A stretch of DNA of 12,300 nt, from NCBI GenBank assembly GCA_039588295.1, contig JBDHAB010000066.1, forward strand, positions 1 through 12,300. The letters are read 5' to 3'. This DNA comes from Gemmatimonadota bacterium (GTDB lineage: Bacteria > Gemmatimonadota > Gemmatimonadetes > Gemmatimonadales > GWC2-71-9). How positions within the stretch are numbered: position 1 is the first letter of the stretch; each line of letters opens with the position of its first letter. A model generated the notes under the pieces. It saw only the letters and a program-made list of their open reading frames with translations, was not told the origin of the DNA and ran no database searches. Positions 1 through 8,656 of the stretch are shown here, one piece after another. A program made the translations under genes and the position numbers.

Positions 1-1
1 C

Positions 2-1171
2 GCGCTCCTCGGAACCGGAGCGTCCGGTGCGCCCCGCGGCCCGGTCGGCGAACTGGTGGCTCGCCTGGCCGAGCATCCTGGACCGATCGTGGCCGTCGAC
101 GGGCCGACCGGTCTGGACCTTTCGACGGGCGAAGCATTCGGACCCTGCCGGGCCGACGTCACCGTCACGTTCGGCGGTGTGCGACGAGGACACTTGCTGC
201 AGCGCGAGAGGTGTGGCAAGGTCGTCATCGCCGAGATGGGCTTTCCCCCGCCGGATCCGTCGTGGCCGACTCTGTTCGGCGATTCCGAGGCGCGCGGCCT
301 CGTTCCCCCGTTCAGCGCCGCCATGCACAAGGGCGAGCGTGGTCGCGTCGTGGTGATTGGCGGAGCGGAGGGGATGGCGGGTGCCGCGTTGCACGCCGCA
401 TCGGCTGCGTTCGCCGCCGGTGCCGGGGTCGTGAAGATCGCGGCCTCGCCGACGACCGTTCAGGCCGCGCAGACAGCCCTGCCGGATGCCCTCACCGTGA
501 CGACCGCACTCGCCGCTCCACTCGAGGCTGAGCTCGAGGACGCGATCGACTGGGCCGATGCCCTCGTTGTCGGCCCGGGGTTGGGGCGCGCGCCCGAGCG
601 GGTGGCGTTTGTTCGAGCCGTGCTCGAACGGACCCATACGCCGGTCGTGCTGGATGCCGACGCCCTGCATGTGGGGCTCGACACCGTAGAAGTGGGGGAC
701 GCGGCGCGCGTGCTCACACCGCATCCGGGGGAGTTTCAGGCGACATTCCGGGAGAGCGCCGGACTCGCCGGTGCGGATCGATTCGCTGCCGTCGAGCACG
801 CGCTGCACGGTGTCGCCGCAAGCACGGCCGTACTGCTCAAGGGGGTGCCGACGGTCATCGGCCAACGAGGGCATGCGCTGCGGGTCGTCGCGACCGGCAA
901 TCCGGCACTCGCCACCGGGGGAAGTGGTGACCTCTTGGCTGGATTCATTGCCGCGTTCCTGGCGCGTGGCGTGGAGCCGTTCGATGCAGCCGGACTCGGT
1001 GCGTTCACCCTCGGCCGTGGCGCTGAGCTCGCCGCGGCGGAACTCTCGGTGCGGGCCACTCGACCGGCCGACGTCTTGGCGGCGGTGCCGGAATTGTGGC
1101 GTCGCCTGGCCGAGTCCCACACCTATTTGCCTCCGGTCCTCGTCGAGCTGCCACCACCGGCCCTCGTGTAA
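2..1171 (+). CDS. nnr: Bifunctional NAD(P)HX epimerase/dehydratase (YjeF/Nnr), 5' end outside the window
   Basis: The frame is open from base 2 (ALLGTG, the tail of the YjeF_N DALLGTG motif; AVDGPTG). The dehydratase domain shows HKGERGRVVVIGG, GPGLG, VLDADAL, LTPHPGEF, LLKG and ATGGSGDLLAG. Stop TAA at 1169-1171. Confidence 0.95.
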   Translation, partial: ALLGTGASGAPRGPVGELVARLAEHPGPIVAVDGPTGLDLSTGEAFGPCRADVTVTFGGVRRGHLLQRERCGKVVIAEMGFPPPDPSWPTLFGDSEARGLVPPFSAAMHKGERGRVVVIGGAEGMAGAALHAASAAFAAGAGVVKIAASPTTVQAAQTALPDALTVTTALAAPLEAELEDAIDWADALVVGPGLGRAPERVAFVRAVLERTHTPVVLDADALHVGLDTVEVGDAARVLTPHPGEFQATFRESAGLAGADRFAAVEHALHGVAASTAVLLKGVPTVIGQRGHALRVVATGNPALATGGSGDLLAGFIAAFLARGVEPFDAAGLGAFTLGRGAELAAAELSVRATRPADVLAAVPELWRRLAESHTYLPPVLVELPPPALV

Positions 1172-2745
1172 TGCGCGTGACCGCACTGGTGCTTGCCGCT
1201 GTTGTCGGCGTGCAACCCCTCGCTGCACAGCATGGCTCCCGTCTGTGGCGGCCCGACGAACGGGTCGTCATCACCGACTTCAGCTATGTCGATGCCGTGG
1301 CGGTCGGGCGCGACCGCATGTATGCGGTGACCCGGGGCGGACTCGGCGTGTACGATCGCCGCTCGCGCCGCTGGGAGCTTCCGATCACGGCGGTCGAGGG
1401 TTATCCGGCCGTGGGGATTCGCGCCGCTTTGGTGGATCCGGTGGATCGTTCGCTGTGGCTGGGAACGATGTCCGGCGTCACCCGATGGGATCCGGGGCTG
1501 GAGACGTTTGAGCACGTGCTGGTTCCCGGCGGCGTGTACGACTTGTTGTTCGATCGGGACGACACGTTTCGAGGTATCTACGTGCGGGGCCGGTTCGGTT
1601 GGCAGCTGCTGCAACGTGGCAGTCAGATTGCGGTCGACGTTTCCAGCCTGCCGCCTCCGTCCCGGCAATTGCGCGCCGGCTCCGCAGACGCCGTGCTGCA
1701 GGACGTGCCATTCGCCATCGCACGGTCCGCGCTCACCCTCACCGACCAGCGGCTCCGACGGTTCCGCTACACAGCGGCCGCCCAGGCTCCGGAGAACGAC
1801 GACGTCTTTGTCGGAACCGACGGATACGGGGTGCTCCGGATCGACGCACTGACGACCGAGGTCGAGCGACTACCGTTCGGCCTGCTCGACGCCAGCGCCG
1901 GCGCGACGGTGGCAACCGAGGCCGGTGTGTGGGTGGGGTCGGGATCGCAGGCGTCCCGCATCGGGTTCACGTTCGTGAGCGACGATCTGCAGCGATACAC
2001 GTACGATGAGGGGCCGTCCGCGACGGGCTACCGGTTCCGCATCGTCTACGATCTGGTCGAGCGGGACGGCCGTCTCGTTGCGGCGACGGACGCCGGCGTC
2101 CTGCGTATCGATCCGGGTGCGCCTGCCGAACAGGTGGCTCGAGAGTTCATCGGTCCGGGCGACCGGGTGTTCACCATGGTGGAGACGAGCGGAGGCCTGT
2201 GGCTCGGCACGGATCGCGGGCTCGTGTATGCGACCGATGACGGTGAGTCCCACCGGATCGACCTGCGGGTCGTCGAGCCGATCTACGCGCTCGCCGCGCG
2301 GAGCGACACGGTGTGGGTCGGTGGGGCCCGAGGGCTCGGCAATACATGGGAGGGTGCCGAGGGCATTCTCGTTCCCGCGGACGTTGCAGAGGAGCCGTGG
2401 CTCGCGGATCCCATCATCGGTCTGGCATTCACCGGCGACACACTCGTCGCCGCGACGCCCGATCGCATTGCGTGGCGCGAGCCAACCGGCACGTGGACGG
2501 TCGAGCGCGTGATCACGGGCGAGCTGGGCGAGCTCACGGTTGTTGCGGGCGACGACCGTGGCGTCTGGGTCGGCGGCACGCGCGGCTTTGGATTCTACGG
2601 ATTCGCCGCTCGCGCGTTCACGCTGTTCAATGCGTCGGGTGACCTTCCCGGGGTGGTGCGGGATCTCGCGGTCGGGCAGAGGTATCTCTGGGTGGCGACC
2701 GCACAGGGGCTCGTGCGGTTTGCCAAGGACGCGTTAGGGCGATGA
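1171..2745 (+). CDS. Secreted hypothetical protein, probable multi-blade beta-propeller (524 aa)
   Basis: ATG at 1171 overlaps the nnr stop (TAATG) and is followed by a signal-peptide-like N-terminus (MRVTALVLAAVVGVQPLAAQ). Recurrent blade-like motifs: LWLGTxxG, VFVGTDGYG, VWVGS, LWLGTDRGL, VWVGG (twice), LWVATAQGL. The upstream start at 1096 in the ORF track is unlikely. Confidence 0.8.
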   Translation: MRVTALVLAAVVGVQPLAAQHGSRLWRPDERVVITDFSYVDAVAVGRDRMYAVTRGGLGVYDRRSRRWELPITAVEGYPAVGIRAALVDPVDRSLWLGTMSGVTRWDPGLETFEHVLVPGGVYDLLFDRDDTFRGIYVRGRFGWQLLQRGSQIAVDVSSLPPPSRQLRAGSADAVLQDVPFAIARSALTLTDQRLRRFRYTAAAQAPENDDVFVGTDGYGVLRIDALTTEVERLPFGLLDASAGATVATEAGVWVGSGSQASRIGFTFVSDDLQRYTYDEGPSATGYRFRIVYDLVERDGRLVAATDAGVLRIDPGAPAEQVAREFIGPGDRVFTMVETSGGLWLGTDRGLVYATDDGESHRIDLRVVEPIYALAARSDTVWVGGARGLGNTWEGAEGILVPADVAEEPWLADPIIGLAFTGDTLVAATPDRIAWREPTGTWTVERVITGELGELTVVAGDDRGVWVGGTRGFGFYGFAARAFTLFNASGDLPGVVRDLAVGQRYLWVATAQGLVRFAKDALGR

Positions 2746-3698
2746 CGACGGGGAGAGCCGCGCACCTTCCGCTGGGTTCGGGCCGAGAATTCGATCGCAT
2801 CCGCGCCATCTGGCATCGTCTCGGTGAGCGGGCAGCGCCGAGCGGGGACGACTGTGCCATCGTGAAGTTGGGGAGTGAGCAGATTGCCCTCTCATTGGAC
2901 GTGACAATCGAGGGGACCCATTTCCAGGCAGGCTGGCTCTCGGCCACGGAATTGGGGTGGCGGGCGTGTGCGGCGGCGCTGTCCGATCTGGCCGCCGTGG
3001 CGGCGAGACCGCAAGGGGTGATGGTGAGTCTCGGCGTGCCGGCCGAGCTCTCGGAGAGCGACACGGCAGATCTGATGGAGGGTGTGGCTGACGCCGCCGC
3101 ATCGGTCGGCGCCGTCGTGTGGGGCGGCGACCTGGTGAAGAGCGACCGTCTGGTGGTCGATGTCCTCGTGGCCGGCATCGTCAGGGAGCCGGTGCGTCGC
3201 CGTGGTGCGGAGGTCGGGGATCGACTCTGGGTAACCGGTGCCCTCGGTGGTCCGGCGGCCGCGCTCAAAGCGTGGGAGCTCGGCAAAGCCCCCGATCAGG
3301 ATGCCTGCTCCCGGTTTGCGCGGCCCACGCCGCGGATCGCGGAAGCCATGTGGCTCCGGCGGCACGGGGCAAAGGCGATGATCGACATTAGTGATGGATT
3401 GATCGGGGATGCTGGGCATCTGGCAGCGGCGTCGAAGATCCAGTGCGTCATCGAGCAGGAGCGGGTGCCGGTGCATTCGGGGGTGAGTGATGCAGCGGAT
3501 GCCCTGATGAGCGGTGAGGAATTCGAGTTGTTGGTGGCGTTACCGCGGGACTTCGATGAGTTGGCGGCAGCGGAGTTCATCGATCAGTTTGAGCTGCCGC
3601 TCACGCGGGTGGGCTTCGCAGACCTGGGCGTGGGAGTGCGCGTCCTGAAGCTCGGCAAGCCGGTGAGCCCGCCGGTGGGCTTCACGCACTTCGGATAG
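2742..3698 (+). CDS. thiL: Thiamine-monophosphate kinase
   Basis: Motifs GDDCA, DVTIEGTHF, LSDLAA, GGD, GDRLWVTGALG, DISDGLIGDAGHLAAAS and GEEFELL (canonical GEDYEL). ATGA overlap with the upstream stop. Confidence 0.93.
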   Translation: MTTGRAAHLPLGSGREFDRIRAIWHRLGERAAPSGDDCAIVKLGSEQIALSLDVTIEGTHFQAGWLSATELGWRACAAALSDLAAVAARPQGVMVSLGVPAELSESDTADLMEGVADAAASVGAVVWGGDLVKSDRLVVDVLVAGIVREPVRRRGAEVGDRLWVTGALGGPAAALKAWELGKAPDQDACSRFARPTPRIAEAMWLRRHGAKAMIDISDGLIGDAGHLAAASKIQCVIEQERVPVHSGVSDAADALMSGEEFELLVALPRDFDELAAAEFIDQFELPLTRVGFADLGVGVRVLKLGKPVSPPVGFTHFG

Positions 3699-3700
3699 CC

Positions 3701-5998
<2,298 letters not shown>

Positions 5999-6036
5999 CT
6001 GGAGGGGTGGATCGGGGTTGGGTATTTTGTTAGGGG

Positions 6037-6057
6037 TAAGGGATAAGGGATAAGGGA
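6037..6057 (+). repeat. Tandem heptamer (TAAGGGA)x3 within a G-rich purine tract upstream of the tRNA
   Basis: TAAGGGA at 6037, 6044 and 6051, with degenerate flanking units TAGGGG (6031) and TAGGGGGG (6058). Confidence 0.85.
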
Positions 6058-6090
6058 TAGGGGGGAAGAGAGAAGGGAAAAGTCGTTCGT

Positions 6091-6164
6091 GGCGGAGTAG
6101 CTCAGCTGGTTAGAGCAGCGGAATCATAATCCGCGTGTCGGGGGTTCGAGTCCCTCCTCCGCTA
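6091..6164 (+). tRNA. tRNA-Met(CAT), elongator type; CCA not encoded
   Basis: Cloverleaf: acceptor GGCGGAG/CTCCGCT plus discriminator A, D-arm GCTC..GAGC, anticodon arm GCGGA-ATCATAA-TCCGC, T-arm GGGGG-TTCGAGT-CCCTC. A paired G1.U72 and no GGG/CCC anticodon stem exclude the initiator. G2-C71/C3-G70 favour Met over Ile2. Confidence 0.95.
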
Positions 6165-7325
6165 TCCATCGTAAGTGCTAGATTCGCATGGGGTTCTCGC
6201 TTCGGCGGGGACCCCATCTTTGTGATCTGAATCCTCCAGTGTGCCTTCAGTGTGCCTTAATGTGAGCGCTGCCAGGCGCTCGGTACCAGCGGCGAGGTCG
6301 CGTCCGGCGTCGACGACGGCGTACCGCGTGAAGATGCTCTCCGTCCTTCGTCCAAAAAGCTGCTTGGCAACGCTGCGTGGGATACCGGCCTGTTCCATCC
6401 GTCGTGCAGCACTCCGACATAGATCGTGAGGGCGCTTGAGGCGACCGTCGCGACCGACAGCGCCGACGCGCTTGCATGCGCCGACCCACGCACGACGGAA
6501 AGACTTGATCGGCTGGCCGTCACGATGGAACACCAGCGCGATCTCACGTCCCGTACAACGCTCACAAGCCTCTCTGTCGGTGAGTTGATGCTCCAACACG
6601 CTCCGTAGCTCGGGGTAGTTGTGGAATGGGAATCGACGTGGCTCGTAATTCTTCGATGCCACTCCACGTTCGATGAAGACCTCCCCGTTTTTCCAGTCAA
6701 CCTGGTCCCAGTGCAGTCGGAGCGTCTCACTGTCCCGCCATCCTGTGTAGTAACGGAATGCAATGAATCCCCGCAGGTAGTTCGGCAGCTCAACCATGAG
6801 TCCCGCGAACTCCCCCTCAGTGATATACTCGTCCCGAGCGTTGCTTACACGCAGCTGGGGAAATGTCGGGATTGCGTCCAACTTCTCGTTGCGTTTGGCG
6901 AGGTTGAGCATCCGCTGAAGCAGAGCCAGTTCGTACGCGACGGTGCTCTTGGCGGCTCCAGCATTGCGCCGCGCGTTGCGGTACTCCCGTATTCCAGGGG
7001 CGGTGATTCTGCTGGCTGTCCGCGTGCCGAATACCGGTTCCAGGTGCACGAGCGCTTGCTCGACTCGACGCCACGAGCGTTGATCCTGAGCGTCATAGTC
7101 AGCTCGCAGGTCTGCAACCAGTTCTTCGAACGCGGGGTCTGTCGCCGGCTTCGGCTTCTCTCCTATCCATTTGGCGCGAATCTGCTCCGCCTCACGACGC
7201 GTGCGTCTGCCGGTCGAGCGGCGGCGTCGCCGTCCGGTTGCATCAACGTAGTCCGCCCAATAGAACGGCGAGCTGACCCGCCTGAAGATGCCGCCTCGAC
7301 GTTTGCCATTGCTCCTTTCAGTCAC
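6162..7325 (-). CDS. int: Tyrosine recombinase/phage integrase (387 aa) with non-canonical catalytic residues
   Basis: N-terminal arm-binding-like region (YWADYVDATGRRRRRSTG), core-binding helices (STVAYELALLQRMLNLA), TGWR197, K225, H300-D-L-C-R, and FGR326RTESIFTRY335. GTG start preceded by AAGGAGG, with GTGA overlap to the upstream HTH stop. Confidence 0.95.
   Translation of the reverse strand: MTERSNGKRRGGIFRRVSSPFYWADYVDATGRRRRRSTGRRTRREAEQIRAKWIGEKPKPATDPAFEELVADLRADYDAQDQRSWRRVEQALVHLEPVFGTRTASRITAPGIREYRNARRNAGAAKSTVAYELALLQRMLNLAKRNEKLDAIPTFPQLRVSNARDEYITEGEFAGLMVELPNYLRGFIAFRYYTGWRDSETLRLHWDQVDWKNGEVFIERGVASKNYEPRRFPFHNYPELRSVLEHQLTDREACERCTGREIALVFHRDGQPIKSFRRAWVGACKRVGAVGRDGRLKRPHDLCRSAARRMEQAGIPRSVAKQLFGRRTESIFTRYAVVDAGRDLAAGTERLAALTLRHTEGTLEDSDHKDGVPAEARTPCESSTYDG
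6172..6184 (-). promoter_or_regulatory. IHF-like binding site next to the att core
   Basis: The minus strand reads AATCTAGCACTTA, one mismatch from the IHF consensus WATCAANNNNTTR, 7 bp from the tRNA end. Confidence 0.45.
6188..6223 (+). terminator. Intrinsic terminator-like hairpin downstream of tRNA-Met, inside the int coding sequence
   Basis: ATGGGGTTCTCGC-TTCG-GCGGGGACCCCAT is a 13-bp stem with two G.U pairs that form only on the + transcript. It has a C(UUCG)G tetraloop and is followed by a short tail, CTTTGT. Confidence 0.7.
6237..6258 (+). repeat. Tandem 11-bp direct repeat, putative integrase arm-type sites
   Basis: CAGTGTGCCTT at 6237-6247 and 6248-6258, with a degenerate third unit starting AATGTG at 6259, about 75 bp from the tRNA end. 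Confidence 0.65.
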
Positions 7326-7558
7326 GTGGATCCTCCTTGCAGGTCACGGATACGTGCTGCCGCTCCCGCACACTGATCACGCCACTGCTCAAGGGCGTCT
7401 GCCACGGCTGCGGCCACGGAGGGAGATGCCTCATAGATCCCGGCCTGTATTCGGCTCAGGGTTGACTGAGGAACCTCGGCGGCCTGCGCCAGCCGATTCA
7501 CGGAGCAGGGCGCAGCGGCGATAGCGGCTTGCACGGCCCGCGTGAGCCTGGTAGCCAT
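7322..7558 (-). CDS. XRE/Cro-family HTH regulator (78 aa)
   Basis: SVNRLAQAAEVPQSTLSRIQAG is an XRE-type HTH. ATG at 7558 is preferred over the ORF-track start at 7678, which overlaps the upstream gene. It is coupled to int. Confidence 0.75.
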   Translation of the reverse strand: MATRLTRAVQAAIAAAPCSVNRLAQAAEVPQSTLSRIQAGIYEASPSVAAAVADALEQWRDQCAGAAARIRDLQGGST

Positions 7559-7594
7559 AGCATAAAAAATATGCTCTTCACGCGTTCGCCGCAA
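7559..7594 (-). promoter_or_regulatory. Sigma70-like promoter with palindromic operator for the XRE-int operon
   Basis: Minus strand: TTGCGG (7594-7589), 17 nt, TATTTT (7571-7566), 7 nt, ATG (7558). The perfect inverted repeat AGCATA-N5-TATGCT (7559-7575) covers the -10. Confidence 0.6.
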
Positions 7595-7602
7595 GGATGG
7601 TC

Positions 7603-7920
7603 TCATTGACGAAGCCACTCTCTTAGTCCCTTCTCTGAGAAGCGGAGCTTTCGCCCAACGCGCCGAGTGAACGGCCACTGGTGGTGGTGGTCGTAGACGT
7701 AGCGCTCACTCACCCTCAGCTGTGCAGCTACCTGCGGCACACTCAATAGGCGATCTGCGCGAGACTTTGTCGTGGGGTTTGGTGCCTCAACCTGCCCGAG
7801 TTCAGCGACGATCCTCCGGTAGACGTCTGCAACCGGTGCGGTCGCCTGGATGGCGTCCGCCTCTTCTGCGCGCCGCACCAGATCACGGACCACCTGCTCA
7901 AGCGTCACGATCGCTATCAC
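7603..7920 (-). CDS. HTH_17/excisionase-like DNA-binding protein with N-terminal helical extension
   Basis: C-terminal LLSVPQVAAQLRVSERYVY...PFTRRVGRKLRFSEKGLREWL matches the excisionase winged-HTH pattern. Start uncertain (GTG 7920 or 7908). Confidence 0.8.
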   Translation of the reverse strand: MIAIVTLEQVVRDLVRRAEEADAIQATAPVADVYRRIVAELGQVEAPNPTTKSRADRLLSVPQVAAQLRVSERYVYDHHHQWPFTRRVGRKLRFSEKGLREWLRQ

Positions 7921-7961
7921 CGCTCCACATCGGTTCAGAGTCTCATTTCAACTGGCGAGCT

Positions 7962-7988
7962 GACCCCCTGATTAGGAGTCAGGGGGTC
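7962..7988. repeat. Perfect 10-bp inverted repeat spanning the stop codon of the 7972-8376 ORF
   Basis: GACCCCCTGA (7962-7971), 7 nt, TCAGGGGGTC (7979-7988). No U-tract on either side. Confidence 0.7.
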
Positions 7989-8376
7989 GGCGCACATCTG
8001 CAGGCACCGGTGAGTTCCCACGGCGCCGGAGCATCACCTCGCGCGGACACGCCGCCTTCGGATCAACGGATTCCATGGAGCCATAAAGGCCCGTGCTACG
8101 CAGGCGGATGTCGCCGGTCTCAAGCCCAAGCAGCTCAAGGGCGGCCGACACCGCCTCGGCTGGCTCCGGTTGGAGTATGTACAGCGGGTAGACAGCGCCG
8201 TCCGGTGCCTGCATACAGCGGTTGGTGATCTCGATGATGCCGAATTCCCGCAGGACCTCGAGTCCGGTCTTGGTCTTCTCGTTCTCGGCGAAGACGTATT
8301 CTGAGCAGCACATGTGCACTTCAATCTGTTCATCCGTTGTCGGTTCGATCTGTCGTTCTTGGAGGGTCCGGGGCAT
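7972..8376 (-). CDS. Hypothetical protein
   Basis: It fills the gap between the two HTH genes on the operon strand and has protein-like composition. No motif recognised. The start is uncertain because of a 47-bp overlap with the upstream ORF; an ATG at 8313 is an alternative. Confidence 0.5.
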   Translation of the reverse strand: MPRTLQERQIEPTTDEQIEVHMCCSEYVFAENEKTKTGLEVLREFGIIEITNRCMQAPDGAVYPLYILQPEPAEAVSAALELLGLETGDIRLRSTGLYGSMESVDPKAACPREVMLRRRGNSPVPADVRRPPDS

Positions 8377-8656
8377 CGCTATTGACGCCGGAGCCCCTCG
8401 GGGGGCCTGAACCGCCCCGTTTGATCCAGGACCCCAGGGTCTCTGGATCGACGCGGACTTGCCGACCGAGGTGGACAGCCCGGAGAATCCCCTCTCGGGC
8501 CAGCGGGTAGGCTCGCTGGACCGAGATGCATAGGAACTGAGCGACCTCGGGCATTGTCAGCAGGCTCTGACGCGTCACCCAGGGCCGTCCATCTCGTCCT
8601 CCGGTGTCAACGAGGCGTGCCATGGTCTCAGGTGAATCTCTCTCCGTCGTCATCAC
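8330..8656 (-). CDS. HTH_17/excisionase-like DNA-binding protein
   Basis: LLTMPEVAQFLCISVQRAYPLAREGILRAVHLGRQVRVDPETLGSWI. The start (GTG 8656 or ATG 8653) overlaps the stop of the replication ATPase. Confidence 0.8.
   Translation of the reverse strand: MMTTERDSPETMARLVDTGGRDGRPWVTRQSLLTMPEVAQFLCISVQRAYPLAREGILRAVHLGRQVRVDPETLGSWIKRGGSGPPRGSGVNSDAPDPPRTTDRTDNG

Noticed and set aside
6031..6066. Short repeats considered as a CRISPR array
   Set aside because: They are 7-bp tandem units with no spacers, and there are no cas genes in the window.
6091..6168. Possible initiator tRNA or tRNA-Ile2 identity, and a CCA at 6166-6168
   Set aside because: There is no C1:A72 mismatch or triple G-C anticodon stem, and the acceptor pairs fit elongator Met. 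The CCA is offset by one T from the discriminator, so it is not the encoded 3' end.
6621..7376. 251-aa plus-strand ORF
   Set aside because: It is an antisense shadow of the integrase with no recognisable domain.
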